From assembly GCF_056746865.1 (NCBI RefSeq), contig NZ_CM163382.1: a stretch of 64,000 nt of DNA, one strand, 5' to 3'. Under the pieces are notes generated by a model. It saw nothing but the letters and a program-made list of their open reading frames with translations, did no database searches and was not told the origin of the DNA. A program made the position numbers and the translations under genes. Positions 12,301 through 28,981 of the stretch are shown here, piece after piece; positions within the stretch are counted from its first letter, which is position 1; the number at the start of each line of letters is the position of its first letter.

Positions 12301-12599
12301 TTACAATGACCACATCTCAAGAATGTGTAGTCACGCAAGTTTAGCGTTTATGCATTTAATTGCCGTAATCAGGAACCTAACTTACGTAATTAACAGTCGC
12401 TTATGCATTAGCGCAACATTCCAACAGGTGGTGACAATATACCCTACCGTTCAGCCAAAACAACATCAATTTGATAACAATTAATTTACTTTTAAGCAGA
12501 ATTTGCATGCCGTGACGCAGGCATGTTTCTCAATAACGAAATTTGATAAAATCCCGCTCTTTCATAACATTATTTCAGCCTTCTTCAGGGCTGACTGTT

Positions 12600-12640
12600 T
12601 GCATAAAAATTCATCTGTATGCACAATAATGTTGTATCAA
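12600..12640 (+). promoter_or_regulatory. Probable tandem ARG boxes (ArgR autoregulation) in the argR promoter
   Basis: TGCATAAAAATTCATCTG followed by TATGCACAATAATGTTGTAT, resembling the TGAATwwwwATTCA consensus, 20-60 bp upstream of argR. Confidence 0.55.
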
Positions 12641-12656
12641 CCACCATATCGGGTGA

Positions 12657-13130
<474 letters not shown>

Positions 13131-13494
13131 TCTCTGCCCCGTCGCTTCTGGCGGCGGGGAAAATGTTGCTTATCCCTCTCAACCCCCTGCTTTCCTCTGC
13201 GATTAATTTAACGAATAGTGCGTTTTACTGCGACATGTCATTCACACAATGAATACATACGGTAAAAAAAGCACATTATGCAAAATTCATTATCTAATTG
13301 AAAACAATAGAATTAATAATAAATAACCGTGTTTTTAATTCTTTTTTGTTATTAAAACTCACATTTTTAACACTTAGTATCAACTGAAACAGTTAGCGTG
13401 GTATTAATTAGTTCAATAATTAGTGTATACTTGATTTTGTGATATGGGTCACGAAACAAAGGCCCAGCTAAAAGATTATGTCGAGGTAAAAATC

Positions 13495-13758
13495 ATGAAA
13501 ATCAAAACCACTGTTGCTGCATTAAGCGTACTTTCTGTTCTATCTTTCGGTGCATTCGCTGCCGACTCCATTGATGCTGCACAAGCACAAAATCGTGAAG
13601 CAATCGGGACCGTATCCGTAAGTGGTGTGGCGTCTTCGCCAATGGATATGCGTGAAATGCTGAACAAAAAAGCAGAAGAGAAAGGCGCAACGGCCTACCA
13701 GATTACGGAAGCTCGTAGCGGTGACACCTGGCACGCTACGGCTGAACTGTACAAATAA
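13495..13758 (+). CDS. yhcN: YhcN, DUF1471-family periplasmic stress protein
   Basis: 87-aa product MKIKTTVAALSVLSVLSFGAFAADSID... with signal peptide; the track ORF is extended 5'. Confidence 0.9.
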   Translation: MKIKTTVAALSVLSVLSFGAFAADSIDAAQAQNREAIGTVSVSGVASSPMDMREMLNKKAEEKGATAYQITEARSGDTWHATAELYK

Positions 13759-13784
13759 ACCCTCATCGTCTTGTCCGACGATAT

Positions 13785-13811
13785 TGCCCCCGGTTCGGGG
13801 GCTTTTTTTTG
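13785..13811 (+). terminator. Intrinsic terminator after yhcN
   Basis: GCCCCCGGTTCGGGGGC followed by TTTTTTTT. Confidence 0.75.
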
Positions 13812-13813
13812 CG

Positions 13814-14086
13814 CTAATGACGAACATTAAAACGCAAATGCCCTTCCAACTCTTCCTCTGCCTCATCAAACAGCAATATTAACGCGCCAAAACGGCGACG
13901 CGTTTTCTCTCCCAGATGAACAAATTCAATCTCAAGTGGTAGCGGCAGGACATCGTTCATTAACACATCCCATAATGAGTCGAGATCGCGTACCTTATCT
14001 TTCGCCAGACCAAAGGCTTGGCTGAAGTCGCGATAAAAATCCTCCTGACTCTCAATCTCATCAAAATCAAAGGTATAAATATTCAT
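13814..14086 (-). CDS. yhcO: YhcO, barstar-like small protein
   Basis: 90-aa [49 protein letters not shown]... Confidence 0.88.
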   Translation of the reverse strand: MNIYTFDFDEIESQEDFYRDFSQAFGLAKDKVRDLDSLWDVLMNDVLPLPLEIEFVHLGEKTRRRFGALILLFDEAEEELEGHLRFNVRH

Positions 14087-14177
14087 CTGTTGCCACCGTC
14101 ACGTTTCGCGGCGAGTTCTGCCGTTCATCGCTAAGTATAGCCATGAAAAAACCGACGCTTTTGGCGTCGGTTTTGAC

Positions 14178-16145
14178 TTAACTATCGGTCAACGCATGTT
14201 GATACTTATGGAGCATCCCCGCCAGCCGATGAACCGGTTCCGTCACCTGTGGTGGCGCTTGCCAGATGCGTAGCTTTTCCTGGTAGATTTCAAGTTCTTC
14301 CAGCAACTGGCCAAAGTACCGACGACGTTTATCATCGCTACGGGCAGATATCACATGGTCTGCTGTGCGGCGCATTTGTCGGTGAAACGCCGATAAATCC
14401 TCGTTAACCGGGATCGGCGCATCACGCAGGCGCTGGTGCGCGATAATCATCGTCAGCGCCAGGCGAAATTTCGGCAAATCCCCTGGGAACTTATTCATCA
14501 GCAAAAACAGCTGCTGATAAAGTGCCGGGAGGTGGTTCTCTTTACGACGTGCCACATTGGTAGTCATCGCGGAAACAGCAGCAGAAACAAACTGATTAAG
14601 CAGTACACGTCCAGTCCTGTCGCGCGATTTATCCCGCACCAGCAAAATAACGGTGAACGCGAGCACACAGCCGACGATTTGCCCTAATGCGCTGTCGAGA
14701 AACTGACTGAAATGGAAAGTCATCGGATTATCCAGCACGATAATATTTATGGTGCTGGCCAGCGCCCCCATCGAGCCCAGTCGCCGTTTCTGTACTTCTA
14801 TACCGAGGAAAAATCCCAGCACTGCCAGGCTAATACACAGCAATAACATGCTTTGTTGGGTATTAGGGATAATCACCAAAAAGTAGAGCAGCCCTAACGG
14901 CAGCGCCGCCAGCGTCCCATAGATAAAGTCGATCGCCACCATGCGTGGATTCGGCAAACGCATTGCCAGTGACGTCACTACCGCAATCATCACCATTGCA
15001 CCACTGCCTGAAGTCCAGCCCGTCCACAGCCAGAAAAGCGTCCCCAGAATGCAGGAAAGTGTGGTTCGCCAGAAGTTAACCATCGCATGATGACGTTCGG
15101 CTGACTCTACTTTGACTTCCGGTTCGCCTTGCAGGATCTCTTCTTCGGTGGCGTTGATTTTTGTGTTACTGATAACGCCGCGCTTGAGAAGCTGATAACG
15201 CGTTGCCGCCGCGACCCAGCTATAAATGGTGACAGGCGTTTCCCGTTCCCCGGTCCAGGCGATAACTCTCCGTAGGCGTTTGAGCTGCTTGTGGACGTCC
15301 TGCGCGGTTTCTACCGGCGTGTCAAAAAATTCGCGGAAAGTATCAGTGATCAATTCCGGGCGCGTATTCTGAATAAGATAAGTTTCGCAGGATTGGGTAA
15401 TCAGCGTCAGCGATAGCGTATTGATTGCTTTTAAACGTCGATTGGCCCGCGCCCAGCGGGAAGATTCCATATTCAGGTTGCTGCGCATACCTTGTAACGC
15501 CGTGGTGCGTCGCACCAGATCGCCCCAGGCTTTATCGACAACTTCACCATCGCCATGCTTGATACAGAGTTGCATTAATTGATATTGCGCGACCAGCAAA
15601 CTTTCCAGCTCTCGATCCACTTCTTGTTTGATCGATCGCGGAGAAAAGAGCAAATCCGCCATAATTGCACACACAATACCGATAACGATCTCGCTACAAC
15701 GTTCGACGGCAAACTGCGGCGTAAGCAATGGTTCCGGCTGAATGGTGATCACAATGATCAGCGCGGTATAACCGGCCAGCCCCCACGCATACGAGTTTTC
15801 TATTCGTACCAGCGAGGATATCCAGGTACAAAAACCGGCCCAGATACAGCACACCAGAATCATCAATAATGGTGCGCGGATCATCGCAATGATGATCACC
15901 AGTCCGGCAATACAGCCAATAAATGTGCCGATGATGCGCAAAAAGCCACGATAGCGAATAGCGCCAGAATACGGTTCACCTCCCGCAGCAAAGGCCGGAC
16001 CGGCGGCAACAATCGCCGCTGTCAGTACTGCCCAGCGTGGCGTTTCCAGCTGGAAGTGAAAGCCAACAAACAGCGCCAGTACAATGGCGGTCGCCAGTTT
16101 TACCGCAAAGCGAATATGTTGGTTAGCAATGGAGAAAATACCCAT
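14178..16145 (-). CDS. aaeB: AaeB, aromatic carboxylic acid efflux pump, inner-membrane subunit
   Basis: 655-aa ORF recognised as AaeB. Confidence 0.94.
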
Positions 16146-16150
16146 CGTGA

Positions 16151-17083
16151 TTAACCAAACTCACGCAGGCGATGGGCCATTTTACGGAAGAACGAATCCT
16201 GGCTTTCGTCGCGATCTTGTTTGCCAGTGACCACCACTGTAGCAGTGGTGCCCGCAGGCCAGATGTTCTCTTGCTGGTTGTCGAGACGAATACGAACCGG
16301 AACACGTTGCGCCAAACGCACCCATTCAAGGTTAGAGTCGATGGTCGCCATCCCTTTGTCGTCACTCGTGCTGCTGGCGTTGGTGACCCCAGCGGCAACA
16401 CTATCAACAGTCCCTTTCAGCACTTTGTTACTGCCAAGCGGCGTGATCTCTGCACGATACCCAGGGCGCACCCCTTCCAGCTTAGTTTCTTCCATATAGG
16501 CCAGTACATAGAAGGAGTTCTGTTTCACCAGCGCAACCGCCGTTGATCCACGGGTAATAAACTCACCGGTATAGACGTTGAGGTTGGTCACCCAGCCATC
16601 TGCTGGCGCGCGGATCACCGTGCGTTCAAGATCCAGTTTTGCCAGATCGCGGGTCGCCTGCGCTTTCGCTAACTGATGCAGAACCGTTTGTAGTACGTTG
16701 TTGGCCTGATCGATCTCTTCGCGAGACATCGCCTGCACACCGAGACGGTTACGACGTCCGGCCTCCTGGCGTTTCTCCTGTGCCAGTACCTGATAATAAG
16801 CAACATCGGCTTGCGCTTCCTCAAGCGCCTTTTGATAGCGCGGCTGGTCGATGGTGAACAGTACCTGTCCTTTTTTCACCAGCTGGTTATCATGAACATT
16901 CACCTGGGTGATAAGTCCAGAAACGTCCGGCGCGATCGCAACGACGTCAGCGCTAAAGCGCGCGTCACGCGTCCACGGGGATTCGGTGTAATAGACCCAG
17001 GCATTAAAAATTGCGATGAAGGCCAGAATGACTAATACGACCGTGATGGCCGTACGGGAGAATTTTCTTATTAGTGTTTTCAC
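16151..17083 (-). CDS. aaeA: AaeA, aromatic carboxylic acid efflux membrane-fusion subunit
   Basis: 310-aa [35 protein letters not shown]... Confidence 0.94.
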
Positions 17084-17090
17084 TTCAACC

Positions 17091-17294
17091 TCAAACGAAC
17101 AGTCGCGATATCAAATAAAACAAGCAGCAATAGAGCGCGGTGTTGAACAACGCCGGATGCCAGACAAAGTCGTAGATACCTGTTGGCACAAGTACCCGGC
17201 GCACCAGCCAGAAAATCGCCAGTGATAAAAGCAATTCAAAAAATATCGGTGGGAAGGACAGCCCAAACACCACGATAACGGGAAACAGACTCAT
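17091..17294 (-). CDS. aaeX: AaeX small membrane protein
   Basis: 67-aa product [35 protein letters not shown]...; the track ORF is extended 5'. Confidence 0.85.
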
Positions 17295-17476
17295 GTTGAC
17301 CTTGGTTGTATAGAGAGAGCAGGCGTTATTATTTTCAGCATCTGTCGCCGCAGAGAAGGGCATGGAAAGCCGGGCGAGAGCAACATTGCTGTAGATTGAT
17401 ATTTAATATATTAGCGTAACTGTTATGCTGTTATCTATATTATGTGATCTAAATCACTTTTAAGTCAGAGTGAATA

Positions 17477-18406
17477 ATGGAACGACTAAAACGCATGTCG
17501 GTGTTTGCCAAAGTAGTTGAATTTGGCTCTTTTACCGCCGCCGCCAGACAGCTACAGATGAGCGTTTCGTCCATCAGTCAGACGGTGTCAAAACTGGAAG
17601 ATGAGTTGCAGGTAAAGCTGTTAAACCGTAGCACACGCAGCATTGGCCTGACCGAAGCCGGCAGAATTTACTACCAGGGCTGCCGTCGGATGCTCCATGA
17701 AGTGCAGGATGTTCATGAGCAACTGTATGCCTTCAATAACACCCCCATCGGGACGCTGCGCATTGGCTGTTCTTCAACTATGGCACAAAATGTTCTCGCC
17801 GGGCTGACAGCAAAAATGCTGAAAGAATACCCAGGTTTGAGCGTCAATCTGGTTACCGGAATTCCTGCCCCCGACCTGATTGCCGACGGTCTGGATGTGG
17901 TGATCCGCGTCGGCGCGTTGCAGGATTCCAGCCTGTTTTCCCGCCGTCTGGGCGCGATGCCAATGGTGGTGTGCGCCGCGAAAAGCTATCTCACACAATA
18001 CGGCATACCGGAAAAACCCGCCGATTTAAGTAGTCATTCATGGCTTGAATACAGCGTGCGACCCGACAATGAATTTGAACTGATCGCACCGGAAGGGATC
18101 TCGACTCGCCTGATCCCGCAAGGGAGATTTGTGACTAATGATCCGATGACGCTGGTGCGCTGGCTGACTGCAGGCGCTGGGATCGCCTATGTGCCGCTGA
18201 TGTGGGTGATCAACGAGATCAATCGCGGGGAGCTGGAGATCCTGCTGCCACGTTACCAGTCAGATCCACGCCCGGTTTATGCGTTATATACCGAAAAAGA
18301 TAAGCTGCCGCTGAAGGTACAAGTCGTGATCAACTCGCTAACGGATTATTTTGTTGAGGTCGGTAAATTGTTTCAGGAGATGCACGGGCGCGGGAAAGAG
18401 AAGTAA
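17477..18406 (+). CDS. aaeR: AaeR, LysR-family activator of aaeXAB
   Basis: 309-aa ORF with N-terminal LysR HTH (MERLKRMSVFAKVVEFGSFTAAARQLQMSVSSISQTVSKLE...), divergent from aaeXAB. Confidence 0.94.
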   Translation: MERLKRMSVFAKVVEFGSFTAAARQLQMSVSSISQTVSKLEDELQVKLLNRSTRSIGLTEAGRIYYQGCRRMLHEVQDVHEQLYAFNNTPIGTLRIGCSSTMAQNVLAGLTAKMLKEYPGLSVNLVTGIPAPDLIADGLDVVIRVGALQDSSLFSRRLGAMPMVVCAAKSYLTQYGIPEKPADLSSHSWLEYSVRPDNEFELIAPEGISTRLIPQGRFVTNDPMTLVRWLTAGAGIAYVPLMWVINEINRGELEILLPRYQSDPRPVYALYTEKDKLPLKVQVVINSLTDYFVEVGKLFQEMHGRGKEK

Positions 18407-18454
18407 TTAATATTATACTGTTACGTTGTACAAACCTGTGCCAACGGGTTCCCC

Positions 18455-18492
18455 TCACCCTAATCCCAGAGGGGCGAGGGGACCGTTCGTGC
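18455..18492. terminator. GC-rich imperfect inverted repeat between convergent aaeR and tldD, probable terminator
   Basis: CCCCTCACCC...GGGGCGAGGGG read directly; function inferred from position only. Confidence 0.4.
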
Positions 18493-18533
18493 ACGTAAAA
18501 GGATTAATTATCCTTCTGAAAATACTGAAATTA

Positions 18534-19994
<1,461 letters not shown>

Positions 19995-20023
19995 TTAGTT
20001 ACTGCAGTAGAGGATTTTTTACG

Positions 20024-20062
20024 GCTGCCGGATGCGGCGTGAACGCCCTATCCGGCCTACGG
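20024..20062. repeat. REP (repetitive extragenic palindrome) element
   Basis: GCCGGATGCGGCGTGAACGCCCTATCCGGCCTACG matches the classic E. coli REP consensus. Confidence 0.7.
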
Positions 20063-20134
20063 TTATGTTCCGGCTCGTTGGCCTTTGGCAACGATTATCA
20101 TATGAGATTGGGGCAATTACGCGCCCTCGTCAAA

Positions 20135-23100
20135 TCATTGCGCTTTTTCTTTACGCGGTTGGCGCAACACTTCGTTGATTTGCGGATCGTCCAGCGGACC
20201 CGAAATGTGATAGCGCAAAATGGAGACTTTGCTCCACAGCGGCCCCAGCACTTTACTGGCTGCAAACACTGCCGCGCCAACAATGGGGTTAACCGCAAAA
20301 GCCGCAGCCACGCCCACCGTCGCAGAAATCTCTGGTGCGACAACCGCTTCCATATTCAGGTCGCGACGCACCAGATTTACCGACCCTTTCATGGCAATGT
20401 CCGCTTCCAGGCCATCCACCAGCGTGTCGTCGGTGTGCATAACGCCGTCTTTAATCCACGCGGTGCTGCGAATGGAGTCAAAATAGAACCCTTCACCAAA
20501 GGTGTCTCTGAAATCAAAACGCAGCTTACGCATCAGGGCATCAACGCTCAATAAGCGCAGCAATTGCCCGGCATGTCCGGTATTGATTTCGGTAATTTCG
20601 CCTTTGCCCAGTTGAGTATGAATGATGCCATTCAACGTCGCCTCATCTGGTTGCCAGGGTGCTTTGCGCCAGTGTAAATCGTAATCCACATTAAATGACG
20701 ACTGGCGTATGGGCGTCGTGACACCAAAAAATTCTGCGGCGGCATCAATTTTCTGCCCACGCAGTTTTCCTTTCAGCGAGGTGCGTTCATTTCCCGGATT
20801 GTTAACCCATTCACCATCGGCAGTAAGCCGCGAGAAACCAGTATCAATCAGTCCATTGGTCAGCGTTAATGTATTGCCAGAAATGGTGATATCACTGTCA
20901 ATGCGCCCGAATTTTTGCCCCCAGAACCAGCACTCTGCGCATCGTATTTGGGCGTCCGGCCAGCCACGGAAGTTAATGCGCTCCGTTGTCGGGAAAGGTG
21001 ATGACTGTGTTGAATCACCACGAGTTTTCGCCACGCTCGGGTTGTAATAAAGATATTTGATATTCGCCAGCCACGGCGCGTTATTACGCATCGCCAGCGT
21101 GGCGTTGATTTCACGCCCTTGCGCCTCAACCAGGGTGCCATTTGCCGTCGGTTGCGAAACAATACTCAGGTTATTCCATTGCTGATTTCCCAGCGACAAC
21201 ATAGGCGTACGTAACGTTATGTGTTGTGGGAAACTCGCTGCACCACCGACACTCTCCGCCGCGCCTTTCTGGAACAGGGCCAGCCACTCGGCACCATTCA
21301 TCGGCGGCATATTGAGTTCAACGCCACTTTGTTCCGGCAACGGCGGGAGCGTTTTACTGTCTGCCGCCCAAATAGCACGGTCGAGCGTCAGCTTTTGACC
21401 AAGCAACCAGCGGCTATTGAAATGGTTATCTGCACCAGCCTGTCCGGTTAACTCAAAGCTGTTGAGATTGCCATCAACCTTAACGTTTACCGGTAGTGGT
21501 TCACCCGCAGGTTTGGCTAACGGTGAAGGTAAGTGACTGCTCACATTCTTCAGATCGCCGTTCAGCTCTACGTTATAGGTCGCGCCAGCATGATAAGGCA
21601 ACTCAATGCCCACTTTACCATCCCACGCCACGCTGCCATTTAATGCTTCGTTCACCGCTTCAGGCAGAACGCCGGTTTTCGCTGGTTGCCAGTTACCGTT
21701 GAGATTCACCGCGACCTGGTAGGCTTTTGCCCCTTCTTTGGTGGAAAAATCCACGTTCAACGGCTGATTAAACCAGCTTGCTGTCAGTGGTTCACTTTGC
21801 AGATCGCCATTAATAAAGCTGAATTTCCCGCTCAAATTTTTCAGGGTGCTGTCGAGTGGTTTGATAAACAGACTGTTATTACGCAGCGTCACTTCACCTT
21901 TCGCGGTTACCAGTTCGCCGTTCAGCGGGATATCAAGATGTAAGCGAGCATTCACATCGCCGTCGAGCTGGAGTTCTTGCAGGGTCGCACCCAGAGAATC
22001 TTTCAGCGGTGTCTCATCAAAGTAAGGGCCAACGGCTTTACCCGGGCCTTTAATGTCAGTGTCAATCAGCAGTTTTTCTTTTGAGTAGTCAGGGATCACT
22101 GCGGTGAGATTACTCGCGCGCACGCCGCCCAGATTAACGCCATCGGTTTTCATCCATAAACCGTCGTTGATAAAGTCCAGTTCAATATCAAGGTTAGTTA
22201 ATGCAGGCCAGTCCGGCTGGAAGGCAAACTTCGCGTTGCGCAGCGGCACCAGCACTTCAAACTGACCTTCGTTGTGTTTATAGGGGAAGAGTTGCGGATT
22301 GCCACCATAAACCAGCGTCGCGTTATCCGCTTCTCCGCCCTGAATCGCGCCACTTAAGTAATCAACCAGGTCTTTACCCATCAAGTTTTCCGGGAAATAG
22401 CGCCAGGCTTGTGAACCATCATCGGTACTGATGCCAGCCAGAATACCCAGCCAGGGTTCATCGTTAGCTGGTTGCAGGTAACGAAAACCGCCGCGCGCAT
22501 GGACGGCTTTGGCTTTAACGTCAATATTACGCCCATCCAGCTGGAAACCTTTGTCATTGTTCAGCCAGCTTATCGTTGCCTGGCCGTCGGCGATTTCCAG
22601 TGGCGCACGGAATACCGTTTCGTAAGGCATCTTTGCCTGTTTCATCGACGCGGTAAGCAAACCATTTTCTACGCTGCCGGAAAGCGTCCCGGAGAAGTGT
22701 TCCGCACCCGGTAATAATTTCCATTGATTCCAGGCCAGATCGCTCCACGATGCCTGAAAACGGGTCTTGTCTGCCGCCTGAAGCGGGATATCCAGCGCCA
22801 GAGTGTTAATCTTGCCGCTCGGTTGTGTGGAGCGCCAAACATCACCCAGTGCAGGTGAAAGTTTCGCGGCCAGCGGGCGTATGCCCTCCAGGCCTGCCAG
22901 CTCCAGATTACTGGCGCGAATCCGGAGTTCGTCACTGCGTTTATTGTCTTTGCCGCCAACGTCCTGTTCCGGTATCCAGGCCAGCGTCAATGCTCCGCTC
23001 GGCCAGGGTTTGCCGTCCATCGTGATCCGTGTGTCGGGAATAGAGAACTGCCAGCCCGGATTTTCACGCGTAATATGCGCGGTCAGATTATCCACCGACA

Positions 23101-23935
23101 GCGTATGCGTTTGCTTCTCGCCCAACCAGCTGGCACCGCCCTGTTTCAGCCAGACGTCACCGCCGGTTACATCGCCTTTGTCGATCGTCATCCAGCCTTC
23201 AAGGGAGAACTGTGCCGTTTCCAGCGCAATATTGTCCTGCATCCATTTACCGAGCCACGGCTTCAGGTCGATGTCATCCGCCTGGAGCCAGACGCGACCA
23301 TTGCTTAACAACCCCTCATCATCGCGCAAATCCATGCGCACCTGCATCACGCCGTGCTGTCCGGTAAGGCTGGAGAGGCTTACCAGGCCTTCTGCACGGT
23401 GTCGACGTGGATCGTTCAGCCAGGTGAGTTGTGGGATCGCCAGCTCGGCGCGCTGACCGGATGGCGTCAGGAAACTGACTTCACTGTCGCGGAGATCAAA
23501 ATGGTCGAACTGACGAAGAAACAGATCGCTGATGTGACTGGCTTCCAGGCTATCATTACCACCGCCGCTGGTGATAGGAGTGTTGGTGCGAAAGCGCAGC
23601 TGCCAGAAAGTGAGGTCGCGAAACTGCCAGCGCATATGTAACAGGCTCTGCCAGACATCTAGCGCAAGAGTAACGCGTTTAACCGAAAATTCGCCGCCAT
23701 CCTTTAGTTCTGCACGGATGTCGTGTGCTTCAAGCGTCGGGCCAAAATTCTGCCAGCTGGCTGAGAGCTGACTGGCTTCTACCGGCATGCCAGTCGCGGA
23801 TTCTATTTTGTTGAGGATTTCCGGACGCCAGGCATCAAGATGCGGTAAAGCAATACGCAGGCCGCTAACCAGCAGGGCAGCGATCACAACGAGCGCGGCT
23901 CCAGTAAGCAGTAATATCCCCGGCAATCGCCTCAC
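20135..23935 (-). CDS. yhdP: YhdP, AsmA-like inner-to-outer-membrane phospholipid transport protein
   Basis: 1266-aa ORF with N-terminal membrane anchor; recognised as YhdP. Confidence 0.94.
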   Translation of the reverse strand: MRRLPGILLLTGAALVVIAALLVSGLRIALPHLDAWRPEILNKIESATGMPVEASQLSASWQNFGPTLEAHDIRAELKDGGEFSVKRVTLALDVWQSLLHMRWQFRDLTFWQLRFRTNTPITSGGGNDSLEASHISDLFLRQFDHFDLRDSEVSFLTPSGQRAELAIPQLTWLNDPRRHRAEGLVSLSSLTGQHGVMQVRMDLRDDEGLLSNGRVWLQADDIDLKPWLGKWMQDNIALETAQFSLEGWMTIDKGDVTGGDVWLKQGGASWLGEKQTHTLSVDNLTAHITRENPGWQFSIPDTRITMDGKPWPSGALTLAWIPEQDVGGKDNKRSDELRIRASNLELAGLEGIRPLAAKLSPALGDVWRSTQPSGKINTLALDIPLQAADKTRFQASWSDLAWNQWKLLPGAEHFSGTLSGSVENGLLTASMKQAKMPYETVFRAPLEIADGQATISWLNNDKGFQLDGRNIDVKAKAVHARGGFRYLQPANDEPWLGILAGISTDDGSQAWRYFPENLMGKDLVDYLSGAIQGGEADNATLVYGGNPQLFPYKHNEGQFEVLVPLRNAKFAFQPDWPALTNLDIELDFINDGLWMKTDGVNLGGVRASNLTAVIPDYSKEKLLIDTDIKGPGKAVGPYFDETPLKDSLGATLQELQLDGDVNARLHLDIPLNGELVTAKGEVTLRNNSLFIKPLDSTLKNLSGKFSFINGDLQSEPLTASWFNQPLNVDFSTKEGAKAYQVAVNLNGNWQPAKTGVLPEAVNEALNGSVAWDGKVGIELPYHAGATYNVELNGDLKNVSSHLPSPLAKPAGEPLPVNVKVDGNLNSFELTGQAGADNHFNSRWLLGQKLTLDRAIWAADSKTLPPLPEQSGVELNMPPMNGAEWLALFQKGAAESVGGAASFPQHITLRTPMLSLGNQQWNNLSIVSQPTANGTLVEAQGREINATLAMRNNAPWLANIKYLYYNPSVAKTRGDSTQSSPFPTTERINFRGWPDAQIRCAECWFWGQKFGRIDSDITISGNTLTLTNGLIDTGFSRLTADGEWVNNPGNERTSLKGKLRGQKIDAAAEFFGVTTPIRQSSFNVDYDLHWRKAPWQPDEATLNGIIHTQLGKGEITEINTGHAGQLLRLLSVDALMRKLRFDFRDTFGEGFYFDSIRSTAWIKDGVMHTDDTLVDGLEADIAMKGSVNLVRRDLNMEAVVAPEISATVGVAAAFAVNPIVGAAVFAASKVLGPLWSKVSILRYHISGPLDDPQINEVLRQPRKEKAQ

Positions 23936-24002
23936 CCGTCACTCCTTGTCTGCTAAAAATGTGACTCAAAAACCCTTTGCCGGATGGCGGCCCAGCATCT
24001 GT

Positions 24003-25472
24003 TTACATCATTACGACGTCAAACTGCTCCTGGTTATAGAGCGGTTCAATTTGTACTTTAACCTGTTTACCAACGAAAATTTCCACTTCCGCCAGCGAGT
24101 GTGACTCTTCGCCTTTCAAGGCTTCAGCTACTGCCGGGGAAGCATAGACCAGGAAACGGTCGGAATCGTAAGCATGGTGTACACGAACAATCTCGCGCAT
24201 GATTTCATAGCATACCGTTTCCACGGTTTTCACCGTTCCGCGACCGTGGCAGGTTGGGCATTCGTTACATAGTACGTGCTCAATGCTTTCGCGGGTGCGT
24301 TTACGCGTCATCTCCACCAGCCCCAGCGCCGAAAAACCATTAACGCTGGTTTTCACCCGGTCTTTGCTCAACGCCTGCTCCAGCGAATGCAACACGCGGC
24401 GACGGTGATCTTCATTATTCATGTCGATGAAATCAATAATGATAATCCCGCCCAGATTGCGCAACCGTAACTGGCGAGCGATAGCCTGCGTCGCTTCAAT
24501 ATTGGTATTGAAAATGGTGTCGTCCAGATTGCGATGACCGACAAACGCTCCGGTATTGATGTCCACGGTGGTCATCGCTTCGGTCTGGTCGATAATCAGA
24601 TAACCACCGGATTTCAGTTCTACTTTGCGTTCCAGCGCTCGCTGGATTTCGTTTTCGACATCAAAGAGATCGAAAATCGGCTGGCGTCCGGTGTAATGCT
24701 CCAGCTTGCTGGTCATCTCGGGAATGTACTCCGAGGTGAACTCAAGTAATGCTTCGTAAGTCAGGCGTGAGTCAACGCGAATGCGATCCAGTTCGGCGTC
24801 GGCGAAATCACGCAGAACACGCTGCGCCAGCGCCAGTTCGCCGTACAGCTGATAACGAGTCTGCGGGCGCTTTTTACGCTCCATCACTTTGGTCCAGACG
24901 CGTTTCAGATAAGCGGCATCGGAGGCCAGTTCAGCCTCGCCAACCCCTTCAGCTGCGGTACGGATGATAAACCCGCCCTGCTCGTCGCAATACTCTGCGA
25001 CCACTTTTTTCAGGCGTTCACGTTCTGATTCGCTTTCAATTCGTTGGGAAACCCCAACGTGAGAAGCCCCTGGCATAAATACCAGATAGCGAGAAGGCAG
25101 CGTGATATCCGTGGTCAGGCGCGCCCCCTTAGTGCCAAGCGGATCTTTCACCACCTGCACCATCAGATCTTGCCCCTGACGAACCAGTTCCGAGATGTCG
25201 CGCACCGTGAATTGCTTTTGTTCTTCACCCGCCACACATTCGGTGTGCGGCATGATGTCAGATGCATGAAGAAACGCGGCTTTATCCAGCCCAATATCTA
25301 CAAAAGCCGCCTGCATACCCGGAAGTACACGACTTACACGACCCTTGTAGATATTGCCTACTATTCCGCGTCGCGCCTCACGTTCAATATGAATTTCCTG
25401 CAGAATACCGCCATCAATATACGCCACTCGCGTTTCCGAAGGCGTTACGTTTACTAACAATTCAGCCGTCAT
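24003..25472 (-). CDS. rng: Ribonuclease G
   Basis: 489-aa product [31 protein letters not shown]...; the track ORF has 6 extra N-terminal codons. Confidence 0.93.
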
Positions 25473-26055
25473 GTTTATCCCTTTTCTCACGCAGTGCGTT
25501 AAAATTACTTAATAATTCATACGTTTCAACCAGCGGTAAGCCGACTACGGCGTGATAGCTGCCATTTATCTTCCTGACAAAACAGCCACCCAGCCCCTGA
25601 ATACCGTATGCACCTGCTTTATCTAACGGTTCACCGCTGGCGACATAGCCCGCGATGTCTTCGTCTGTTAACGTTCTGAAAGTCACATCGGTGACCACCA
25701 GGCAATCGAGAATGTGCTGGCTGTCGGCCAACGCCACTGCCGTCATTACCTGATGGGTCTGACCCGATAATTTGCGCAACATCTGCACCGCATGCTCTGC
25801 GTCGCGCGGTTTCTCCAGCACTTCTCCGTTCAGGATAACGATAGTGTCCGCACCCAGCACCGGGAGATCCTGCGCCGTTTGCGCGACACCCGCCTGTGCT
25901 TTCTCGCGCGCCAGACGCACAACATACTGCTGCGCGCTCTCCTGCGGCTGACGCTGCTCCTCAATGCCCGTAACAATACGTTCAAAGGTCACGCCAAGTT
26001 GCGCAAGTAACTCCTGACGACGCGGAGAACCGGAAGCTAAATACAGAGAAGTCAT
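25462..26055 (-). CDS. yhdE: YhdE, Maf-family nucleotide pyrophosphatase
   Basis: 197-aa [31 protein letters not shown]...; 3' end overlaps the rng start by 11 nt. Confidence 0.93.
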   Translation of the reverse strand: MTSLYLASGSPRRQELLAQLGVTFERIVTGIEEQRQPQESAQQYVVRLAREKAQAGVAQTAQDLPVLGADTIVILNGEVLEKPRDAEHAVQMLRKLSGQTHQVMTAVALADSQHILDCLVVTDVTFRTLTDEDIAGYVASGEPLDKAGAYGIQGLGGCFVRKINGSYHAVVGLPLVETYELLSNFNALREKRDKHDG

Positions 26056-26063
26056 AGAAACCT

Positions 26064-27568
<1,505 letters not shown>

Positions 27569-27633
27569 AAGTTATGCGTATTCTCGTATCAGACCAGGCA
27601 GGGTAAACAGACATTTCCCCTGCCTGCATCCGA

Positions 27634-28803
<1,170 letters not shown>

Positions 28804-28981
28804 TTACAAATCTCTGCCTGAGTCCAGAAAGGCTTAATGCATCAGCAGCATTCCTCGCCTGTTTGCAACCGCGTAAGGTCATTCATCTGCATATGTGCTG
28901 CAACAATCTGGCGAGCAGACAAGCACACTCCCATGAGACGCAGCGCGCGTTATTCTACGTGAAAACGGATTAAACGGCAGG

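Noticed and set aside
22803-23456. 217-aa ORF antisense within yhdP, plus several shorter ones
   Set aside because: Serine/proline/arginine-rich reverse-frame translations inside a conserved 1266-aa gene.
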